DNA from: Bacteroidota bacterium
GTDB taxonomy: Bacteria; Bacteroidota; Bacteroidia; 2-12-FULL-35-15
Direction of reading: 5' to 3'
Length of the DNA stretch: 64,000 nucleotides
Assembly (NCBI GenBank): GCA_025963775.1
Contig: JAOQAD010000037.1
Span: forward strand, 1,638-65,637
The notes below the pieces were generated by a model. The model was not told the origin of the DNA, did not search any database, and saw only the letters and a program-made list of their open reading frames with translations. Shown here one piece after another: positions 18,250 to 26,007 of this stretch (within the stretch, counting starts at the first letter, position 1; each line of letters starts with the position of its first letter). The translations under genes were made by a program, and so were the position numbers.

Positions 18250-21200
18250 ATGAGATCCAAACTGTTGCATATTTTTTTAGCCTTCCTGCTGCTGAATTCG
18301 ATATTCAGTTTCGGGCAGACCAATCCTGCGCCGCAGGGCCTCACCTATTCGGAGAATTTCAGCGGGATGGCATGGACAGCTACCGCTTATCCAACAGGCA
18401 TGCAGGGATGGCAGCTTGCCGCAGGCGGAATTGGTGCGGCATTCAAAACGAACGCAGCAACAGCAGACTTTGCCCTGATCGCATCAGGTGATGCCAGCGC
18501 TATTGCCGGCGGCTTTTACAATTATAACGGAAAGATCGGCTTTCTCTCTTCGGGCAGCGCTGATCCTGCTCTTTGCTTTTCAATAAACACTACAGGATTA
18601 AATGGCGTAACGGTAAGCTTCGATGCGATGACGATCCGTAACCCGCATGACGGCGGACCGAATACGAGGATCAATGAGCTTGGGCTTCAATACAGGCTTG
18701 GAACAGCGGGCGTGTTCACCAATGTGGCCGGCTTTACCTACCAGAACAATACAACCACCCAAACCGGGGCTGTTACAACGCCTCAAAATCTACAATCCTT
18801 TTCTGTGCTTCTCCCAACGGCCTGCGACAACCAGGCTGTGGTGCAGGTGAGATGGGTAAGCCGCCAGGTTAGCGGCGCAGGCTCGAGGCCAAGCTTTGCA
18901 CTGGATAACATCTTTGTTTCCTCCTGCACCACCAATACGAGCACTTATTATTACAGGTCGAGGCAAACAGGAAGCTGGAACACATACAGCACCTGGGAAG
19001 CTTCACTGAACGGTGTTACCGGCTGGTCGATGGCCTGCTCCGCACCAACAAGCGCAGCCGCTGCAGTCACCATTTTAAGCGGGCATACGGTTACCATCAA
19101 TGGAAATGTAACAGCGCCGAACCTTACGATCGACGGCATCCTTACCTTTGATAATGTGGCAAGGACGCTTGCTGTTACGGACTACGTCACCGTTTCCTCA
19201 TTAGGGATTTTTATTACGCAGGCCGCAGGCGGAGTTACGCACAACATGAGCATCGGCGGCGACCTTACCAACAATGGCACCTTTGATATGTCGAGAGGCG
19301 GAGCAACGCTGGTGTGCAATGTTACATTTAACAAAAACGGCAACCAGGGCGTTACAGGAACAGGCACAACCACACGCTTCAATTACATTTCGCTGAACAT
19401 GGGAACGTCCAGCAGCAATGTGCTGGATGTGTCGCCCAGCTTTTTCTCAGCAGCGGCCAGCTTCCTGCATCCGGGAGCAGCGGCATCTCCCAACTCCCTG
19501 CTGAACGGCACACTGAAATTATCTGGCAGCTTTAGCTTCACCGGCACCTTTTTTAAATCGGGAGCGAATTACAATATTGTGTCAACTGCGGGGATCTGGA
19601 TCAATAATCCGAATGTTACGATCAACGGAACGAATGATTCTTATGATGTTTCAGGAAAATTAACGATCAGCGCAGGCACTTTCAATGCAGGAACGGCAGT
19701 TGGTAATGCGGTCCGTTTACTGGATGGCTCCTCCATGACAGTATCGGGCGGAGCAGTGAATGTTTCCGGGCGGATCCAGGCGTACGAGTCTACAAATTCA
19801 ATCGCGCAGATCACCACCTATAACCAAAGCGGGGGAATTGTTACTGTTTCAAAAGCCGGCGTGAACGCCACTACAATGCCGGAATTTACGCTTGACCTTC
19901 CGGCGGACAGCCTCATCATGTCGGGCGGAACGATCATCTTCCACAGCCAGGCAAGCGTTGCCGATGACTTATTGAACAGGGCCACCAGCGTGATCACGGG
20001 CGGACTTGTCCAGTTCGGTGAAGCAAGCACCACCACAGCAACGGCTGCAGGATTTTATGTGGAGAGCTACGGCGCATTGCCATCCTTATCGATCTATCCC
20101 TGCAACAGTGTTACGAGGCTTGTGCTTGCGACGAACCTTACAGTGAAAGGAACGATTACGATCGGGAATTTAACCACGCTGAACAACCGCTGGGGAACGC
20201 TTGCACAAACATATAATATTACGCTGAACGGCGACTGGATCAATAACGGGACTTTTTTAAATAACGGTGTACGGACTGTGACCTTCAACGGGATCAGCGC
20301 GCAGAACATCACCGGCACTTCAAGCACCACTTTCAACAGCCTTACGATCAATAACTCCTCCGGCGGAGTTACGCTGCAGATGCCGGCAACCGTTAATGCG
20401 AACCTCAGCCTGAGCAACGGATATTTATACACGAGCAGCGCCAACCTGCTTTCGATGAGCGCAGGCTCTGCAGTAACTGCGGTAAACAACAACAGCTTTG
20501 TGTACGGCCCGATGTCGAAAACAGGAACCACCAATTTTACATTTCCTGTCGGGAAAGACCTTGAATACAGGCCGATCGGGATCAGTTCGCTGACAGGCGC
20601 TGAAACATTCACTGCCGAATATTTTCATGCCGACCCTTCCATCCTTTACCCGATCTCACTGATGGATCCAACGATCAGCCACATTGACGGCTGTGAATAC
20701 TGGACGCTGAACAGGACCGGCAGCAGTGATGCATTTGTAACGTTAAGCTGGGATACATACAGCTGCGGCGTTACTTCCCTGACCGACCTTAGCGTTGCCA
20801 GGTTTGATTCACCGCTGACGATGTGGAAGGATGAAGGCAACGGCGGAACAACAGGAACAACAAGCATTGGAACAGTCACTACAACCGCTTTGGTAAGCAG
20901 CTTCGGCCCCTTTACTCTTGCCTCAACAATTGGCGGCGGCGTAAATCCGCTGCCGATAGAGCTTCTGGAATTTTCTGCAAGGTACAACGGAACCAACGTT
21001 GACCTGGAATGGTCGACGGCAAGCGAAGTGAACAACGACCATTTTACAATTGAGCGCTCGGCGGACGGAAGTATTTTCTATGAGCTGAAGGAATTACCGG
21101 GAGCGGGCAACAGTACGCAAACGCTTTCTTATGCTTCAGCAGATAAGAGTCCATTGAACGGAACATCCTATTACCGCCTGAAGCAAACCGATTTTGACGG

Positions 21201-21489
21201 AAGATTTGAATACAGCCAGATCGTAACGGTGTCGATCGATAAGAATAATTTTGATGTATTGTCGGCTGCCGAAACCGCTGAAACGCTTACTGTAAAATTC
21301 AGCGGCAGAACTCAATGCCAGGTGCTGATCGAGCTGTATGATATGAATGGGAAAAAGGTTATTTCAGTCCGGCAAAATGTTTCAGAGCAGAACGAACTGA
21401 ACATTCCCCTTGGCGGGCTAAGCAAAGGCATTTACCTCCTGAAGGCAACAAATGGCGATCAGCTGATCGCAAGAAAACTGAATCTTTAG
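18250..21489 (+). CDS. Large secreted protein with a T9SS type A C-terminal sorting domain
   Basis: Signal peptide MRSKLLHIFLAFLLLNSIFSFGQ. The long central region is G/T/N/S-rich and beta-helix-like. The C-terminus LTVKFSG...IELYDMNGKKVISV...LSKGIYLLKATNGDQLIARKLNL matches the Por/T9SS CTD (TIGR04183-like). Confidence 0.85.
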   Translation: MRSKLLHIFLAFLLLNSIFSFGQTNPAPQGLTYSENFSGMAWTATAYPTGMQGWQLAAGGIGAAFKTNAATADFALIASGDASAIAGGFYNYNGKIGFLSSGSADPALCFSINTTGLNGVTVSFDAMTIRNPHDGGPNTRINELGLQYRLGTAGVFTNVAGFTYQNNTTTQTGAVTTPQNLQSFSVLLPTACDNQAVVQVRWVSRQVSGAGSRPSFALDNIFVSSCTTNTSTYYYRSRQTGSWNTYSTWEASLNGVTGWSMACSAPTSAAAAVTILSGHTVTINGNVTAPNLTIDGILTFDNVARTLAVTDYVTVSSLGIFITQAAGGVTHNMSIGGDLTNNGTFDMSRGGATLVCNVTFNKNGNQGVTGTGTTTRFNYISLNMGTSSSNVLDVSPSFFSAAASFLHPGAAASPNSLLNGTLKLSGSFSFTGTFFKSGANYNIVSTAGIWINNPNVTINGTNDSYDVSGKLTISAGTFNAGTAVGNAVRLLDGSSMTVSGGAVNVSGRIQAYESTNSIAQITTYNQSGGIVTVSKAGVNATTMPEFTLDLPADSLIMSGGTIIFHSQASVADDLLNRATSVITGGLVQFGEASTTTATAAGFYVESYGALPSLSIYPCNSVTRLVLATNLTVKGTITIGNLTTLNNRWGTLAQTYNITLNGDWINNGTFLNNGVRTVTFNGISAQNITGTSSTTFNSLTINNSSGGVTLQMPATVNANLSLSNGYLYTSSANLLSMSAGSAVTAVNNNSFVYGPMSKTGTTNFTFPVGKDLEYRPIGISSLTGAETFTAEYFHADPSILYPISLMDPTISHIDGCEYWTLNRTGSSDAFVTLSWDTYSCGVTSLTDLSVARFDSPLTMWKDEGNGGTTGTTSIGTVTTTALVSSFGPFTLASTIGGGVNPLPIELLEFSARYNGTNVDLEWSTASEVNNDHFTIERSADGSIFYELKELPGAGNSTQTLSYASADKSPLNGTSYYRLKQTDFDGRFEYSQIVTVSIDKNNFDVLSAAETAETLTVKFSGRTQCQVLIELYDMNGKKVISVRQNVSEQNELNIPLGGLSKGIYLLKATNGDQLIARKLNL

Positions 21490-21546
21490 TAGTTGGACCA
21501 AAGCCCGTAAGCGGCCTGCTTCTTACCACTGTATAGTTAAAACGGA

Positions 21547-22563
21547 TTATTTTAATCTCTGAAGCGAATGCTTTGCAGGAGCGTATTCCGGGTTGATGGA
21601 AAGGCAGGTCTCAAATTCTGCCTGTGCTTTTTTCGTCTCTTTCATCTGCTCATAGCAAACCCCTCTTCCATAATATGCTTCCACATACCTGGGATCGATG
21701 TTAATGGCCCCGGTGAAATATTCCAGCGCTTTGTTATAGGCTTTTAATTCCAGGAGATTGATCACCCCGAGGTTGTACATCGCATTTTTATTATTGTCGA
21801 ACTTCAGGAGCGTTGTGTAAGTCCCGATCGCATTGTTCCAGTCCTGCACATCCTGGTAATACTTGCCCAGTGCATACCATGCCTCCACGCTTTTCGGCTG
21901 GATGCGCAATGCATTCCTGTAATAATCCACTGCAAGCGGATTTTTTTGCCCTGCGCATAAGATCCCAAGCTGCATGTATGCATTGTAATACTGCTGATCC
22001 TGCTCCACCGCGGTCTGCATGCTGGAAATGGCTTTGGCTGTATCTTTCAGGTCCTTGTAATTCATGCCTTTCATGAAGTACGCCTTTGCATTATACTGGT
22101 CGATCTTCAGCGCCTGGTTGATGTATTCGATAGACTTATCACTTTTATTCACATACAGGTAGAGCTCCGCCAGCTTTAAGATCGCATCTACATTTTTCCG
22201 ATCGAGAGTGATCGCCTTTTCAAGCGCTGCTTTCGCATTGCCTGACCTGTTCACGGAAAAATAAAGGTCGGAAAGCGTAAGGAAATAGCCCGCCTTTGTT
22301 GAATCAAGATTCATGGCGCGGCTCATGTCGGCAAGGCCTTCATCAAATGATTTATTGGCGAGGTAATATTTTGCACGCTTGTGGTACAGGTCGGGATTGC
22401 TGGGGCTGGCAAGAATCTCCTCGTTGATGGCCTTTAATTCCGCAGGTGCTGAAGCAGCAGCGGAATCGGTAGTTGTGGCATCTCCGGGTTTACCGGTTTC
22501 GTTTCCGCAGGAAACGAAGAAAAGAAGGCTGATGATAAAAGCGGTGCTGATTGTTCTGATCAT
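21547..22563 (-). CDS. TPR-repeat lipoprotein
   Basis: Lipobox LFFVSCGN followed by at least 6 TPR units (for example AYFMKGMNYKDLKDTAKAISSMQTAVEQDQQY, AWYALGKYYQDVQDWNNAIGTYTTLLKFD). Confidence 0.8.
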   Translation of the reverse strand: MIRTISTAFIISLLFFVSCGNETGKPGDATTTDSAAASAPAELKAINEEILASPSNPDLYHKRAKYYLANKSFDEGLADMSRAMNLDSTKAGYFLTLSDLYFSVNRSGNAKAALEKAITLDRKNVDAILKLAELYLYVNKSDKSIEYINQALKIDQYNAKAYFMKGMNYKDLKDTAKAISSMQTAVEQDQQYYNAYMQLGILCAGQKNPLAVDYYRNALRIQPKSVEAWYALGKYYQDVQDWNNAIGTYTTLLKFDNNKNAMYNLGVINLLELKAYNKALEYFTGAINIDPRYVEAYYGRGVCYEQMKETKKAQAEFETCLSINPEYAPAKHSLQRLK

Positions 22564-22569
22564 AATGCT

Positions 22570-23170
22570 GTAAAGGTAAATAAATAGTTTTTATGTGTTC
22601 AACGGATGATTGTTTTGCCGGCAAGGCCCGTTCCTGATCATCGTCATCCCGTGCCCCGACACGGGATCCCTGCAATATCAGAAGGTGCACGGAATTCTCC
22701 GCAGCGTGTCATTAAGTATTCTTTGCCACAGATTCGCAGATTTCATTCTTACCTAATTAGCGCAGATTGAATCGCTTCGCGATTGATTCGGGCTTGTGCT
22801 GTGTTACAAAAGTGTGTATCTGCGTAATTAAGCTTTGGAAAAATCTGCGCATCTGTGGCAAAATACACTTCCGTGATGTATAACAATAACAATCGCGAAG
22901 CGATTATCTGCGCAAATTAAATTCGAAAAAAATCTCTACGAAATGTTAAGGCTTGCAGAATTCCACTCAGATCATAATTATAGAGAGATCCCGTGTCGAA
23001 GCACGGGATGACTTGATAATTTGAGTGGGTAATATACCTCTCCCTTCTAACCGATCGCGAAACAATTATCTGTGCAATTAAGCTCTAAAAAAATCTGTGC
23101 ATCTGTGGCAAAATACACTCTGCTGATTAATACCCTACCAAGGTTTGAAACCCTGACAGGGGTAAAACAA
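22570..23170. repeat. ~600-bp non-coding mosaic of short repeat modules
   Basis: Hairpins at 22643-22667 (+) and 22981-23012 (-). GCCACAGAT[GT]CRCAGATTT modules at 22725-22743 (+), 22841-22859 (-) and 23091-23109 (-). AATCGCTTCGCGATT palindromes at 22770-22784 and 22891-22905. CCCTGACAGGGG at 23150-23161. Confidence 0.8.
22881..23047 (+). repeat. Inverted copy of the 8588-8828 repeat block (lacks the 69-nt segment 8705-8773)
   Basis: Hand alignment of the reverse complement against 8588-8704 and 8774-8828 (see finding). Confidence 0.8.
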
Positions 23171-23239
23171 ACATCCCCAAAACGCAATGCAGCAAAGCAT
23201 TACAGGTTTGGGGATGTTCTGTTCATTTTCAAAATGAAC
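23171..23239 (-). terminator. recA terminator candidates (two hairpins)
   Basis: gttcat/atgaac hairpin at 23221-23239. A long hairpin acatccccaaa...tttggggatgt at 23171-23219 is followed on the minus strand by a T-rich tract. Confidence 0.45.
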
Positions 23240-23255
23240 AATTTATTTAAAAGTA

Positions 23256-24335
23256 CTACTTCACAGCAAGAGCAGGAGCTGCAACAGCAGCAGGAGTTCC
23301 GGCGGAGTTACCGCTCAGCGCTTCCCTGATCTTGTTCTCGATCTCTTCCATCAGGTCAGGATTATCATTGAACAATGCTTTTACCGAATCGCGGCCCTGG
23401 CCTAATTTGGTATCTGCATAGCTGAACCATGATCCGCTTTTCTTGATGATGTTGTGCTCAACACCAAGGTCGATGATCTCACCAACTTTGGAAATTCCTT
23501 CGCCGTAGAGGATGTCGAATTCCACCTGGCGGAAAGGAGGTGCCACTTTGTTTTTCACGATCTTCACACGGGTACGGTTACCAATTACCTGGTCGCCGTC
23601 CTTGATCTGGCCGATCCTGCGGATATCGATACGTACGGAAGCGTAGAACTTTAATGCGTTACCACCGGTAGTTGTTTCAGGGTTACCGAACATCACACCG
23701 ATCTTTTCACGCAGCTGGTTGATGAAGATACAGCAGCAGCCGGTTTTGTTGATCGTACCGGTAAGCTTACGTAATGCCTGTGACATCAAGCGTGCCTGCA
23801 ATCCCATTTTGGAATCGCCCATCTCTCCTTCGATCTCGCTTTTTGGTGTTAATGCAGCCACAGAGTCAATTACAATGATATCAATTGCTCCTGAGCGGAT
23901 CAAATTTTCAGCGATCTCAAGCGCCTGCTCGCCGTTATCGGGCTGGGAGATCAGGAGATTTTCTGTGTCGATGCCCAGCTTTTCAGCATACGAGCGGTCG
24001 AATGCATGCTCCGCATCAATGAATGCTGCGATCCCGCCTGCTTTCTGAACTTCAGCAATAGCATGCAGGGTCAATGTTGTTTTACCGGAAGATTCAGGCC
24101 CGTAGATCTCGATCACACGTCCTTTTGGCAAACCACCGATCCCTAAAGCGATATCGATCCCGAGTGAGCCGGTTGGGATCACTTCGATATTTTCCACAGG
24201 AGCATCGCCCATTCTCATGATCGCGCCTTTTCCGTAGGTTTTTTCAAGTTTGTCAAGTGTCAGCTGCAGGGCTTTCAGTTTTTCTTTGTTAACCGAGTCT
24301 TTTGCGCCTTTCGCATCTTTGGTTTCTTTGCTCAT
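23256..24335 (-). CDS. recA: Recombinase RecA
   Basis: Walker [10 protein letters not shown]; also [14 protein letters not shown] and IDSVAAL. 359 aa. Confidence 0.97.
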   Translation of the reverse strand: MSKETKDAKGAKDSVNKEKLKALQLTLDKLEKTYGKGAIMRMGDAPVENIEVIPTGSLGIDIALGIGGLPKGRVIEIYGPESSGKTTLTLHAIAEVQKAGGIAAFIDAEHAFDRSYAEKLGIDTENLLISQPDNGEQALEIAENLIRSGAIDIIVIDSVAALTPKSEIEGEMGDSKMGLQARLMSQALRKLTGTINKTGCCCIFINQLREKIGVMFGNPETTTGGNALKFYASVRIDIRRIGQIKDGDQVIGNRTRVKIVKNKVAPPFRQVEFDILYGEGISKVGEIIDLGVEHNIIKKSGSWFSYADTKLGQGRDSVKALFNDNPDLMEEIENKIREALSGNSAGTPAAVAAPALAVK

Positions 24336-24464
24336 CTTATATATAGTTATTAGTTACATTGTTATGATTACGAATTGAAAATTGGAGATTGAAAAATCAG
24401 CTCCGGCTTCGTAATTGACTTATTATTGATTGATAGTGCTTAATTGTTTTTATGCTGATCCACC

Positions 24465-24941
24465 TTAATTTTCCATTCCTTCTAAAATCTGTTCTGTATG
24501 GTTTTTGGAATCCACTTTTGTGATTACCTGCTCAATGATCCCTTTTTCGCTGATCACGAATGTGGTGCGGACAAGTCCGTCATAGATCCTTCCCATGAAC
24601 TTTTTTGTTCCCCATACATCGTATGCTTTGATCACTTCCATGTTTGTATCGGCGATCAGCGGAAAAGGAAGACTGAATTTATCAATGAACTTCTTGTGCT
24701 TTTTTTCATTATCCGGGCTTACACCAATTATAGCAAAACCTTTCTTCTTTAATTCCGAAAAATTGTCCCTTAAGTTACAGGCTTCGTTGGTGCAGGTTGG
24801 TGTATTGTCCTGCGGATAAAAATACAGGATCAGTTTTTTTCCTTTAAAATCTTTCAAAGAAACAAGCTTTCCGTCCTGGTCTATCCCTTTAAAATCAGGT
24901 GCTTTATCACCTTTCTGCAAGCTTGTAATGTAATTTGTCAT
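24465..24941 (-). CDS. bcp: Thioredoxin-dependent peroxiredoxin (Bcp type)
   Basis: 158 aa with the PQDNTPTCTNEACNLRD peroxidatic/resolving Cys context. Confidence 0.9.
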   Translation of the reverse strand: MTNYITSLQKGDKAPDFKGIDQDGKLVSLKDFKGKKLILYFYPQDNTPTCTNEACNLRDNFSELKKKGFAIIGVSPDNEKKHKKFIDKFSLPFPLIADTNMEVIKAYDVWGTKKFMGRIYDGLVRTTFVISEKGIIEQVITKVDSKNHTEQILEGMEN

Positions 24942-24952
24942 TTTTCTTATTT

Positions 24953-24960
24953 CAAAATTA
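24953..24960 (-). promoter_or_regulatory. -7 box TAATTTTG for bcp
   Basis: Plus-strand caaaatta, 11 nt upstream of the ATG at 24941. Confidence 0.45.
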
Positions 24961-25123
24961 GGAGATAAAATCTTAGTAAAAAAATGGTTTGCTGTTTTTT
25001 ATTAACAAAAGGGGCATAATACTACATAACGTAGCAAAAAATGAAATAATTGATGTGGTTTGATGGAAAAAAGGAGGGGAATTGCTATGGAGTTGATAAA
25101 CATTTCCAGGATCACACAAGATT

Positions 25124-25289
25124 AGATTCTGCTAACCTTATAATAATAGAGAGATTCCGGGTCGTAGCCCGGAATGACGGGAACATTCAACCAGGATAAT
25201 AAACTCCTCTGGATGACACGCTGCCGGAATAAGATCCTGCTAACCTTATAATAATAGAGAGATCCCGGCTCGGAGCACGGGATGACGTC
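25124..25289 (-). repeat. Two direct copies (108-bp period) of a 58-nt unit ending in a GTCAT-hairpin
   Basis: 25124-25181 is agattctgctaaccttataataatagagagattccgggtcgtagcccggaatgacggg. 25232-25289 is agatcctgctaaccttataataatagagagatcccggctcggagcacgggatgacgtc. Confidence 0.85.
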
Positions 25290-25341
25290 CTTTAATAAAC
25301 AATACTCAGAATGACACCTGCGCTGGATGACATTCTCCGGA

Positions 25342-25995
25342 CTATATCTTTCCTTTTTTACGAAGCTCTTCAAAGTACTTGCACCATTGTGTAAGCGGAC
25401 AGATCCCGCATTTGGGTGCGCGGGCAACACAGATGTAGCGTCCATGCAGAATGAGCCAGTGATGTGCAATGGCAACCTTATCCGTAGGAATGAATTTCAT
25501 CAGCTGCTTCTCGGTGTCGAGCGGCGTTTTTGAATTGGTGGTGAGGCCAAGCCTTGCAGACACCCTGAACACATGCGTATCCACTGCCATCGCAGGCTTT
25601 TCATACACCACCGATGCGATCACATTCGCTGTTTTTCTTCCTACGCCGGGCAGCTTCTGCAGCTCTTCCACATCGGAAGGAACCACGCCTTTGAACTCAT
25701 CCACCAGCATCCGCGCCATCCCCACCAGGTGCTTTGCCTTGTTGTTCGGATAGCTGATGCTCCTGATGTACCGGAACACTTCATCGCTGCTGGCAACCGC
25801 CATTACTTCCGGCACAGGGAAGGCTTTAAACAAAGCAGGCGTTACCATGTTCACACGCTTATCGGTGCATTGCGCAGATAAGATCACGGCAACCAGCAAT
25901 TCGTAAGGATTTGAATACTGCAGCTCTGTTTCAGCGACCGGTTGATGCGTGCTGAAATACTCAATTATTTTTTCGAAGCGTTCTTTTTTTGTCAT
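25342..25995 (-). CDS. nth: Endonuclease III
   Basis: HhH-GPD motif LPGVGRKTANV and Fe-S cluster loop CVARAPKCGICPLTQWC. Confidence 0.93.
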   Translation of the reverse strand: MTKKERFEKIIEYFSTHQPVAETELQYSNPYELLVAVILSAQCTDKRVNMVTPALFKAFPVPEVMAVASSDEVFRYIRSISYPNNKAKHLVGMARMLVDEFKGVVPSDVEELQKLPGVGRKTANVIASVVYEKPAMAVDTHVFRVSARLGLTTNSKTPLDTEKQLMKFIPTDKVAIAHHWLILHGRYICVARAPKCGICPLTQWCKYFEELRKKGKI

Positions 25996-26007
25996 GCTGA
26001 AGCAAAC

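Noticed and set aside
25122-25475. ORFs that run through repeat-rich spacers: 25122..25475, 32345..32662, 47484..47738, 55813..56046, 55893..56075, 55975..56229, 22490..22690 and 23072..23329.
   Set aside because: Their sequences are translations of the hairpin and mosaic repeats (for example VIPGLTRNL, IASSYLLAMT) or overlap real genes. The same DNA recurs in both orientations, which is incompatible with a conserved protein.
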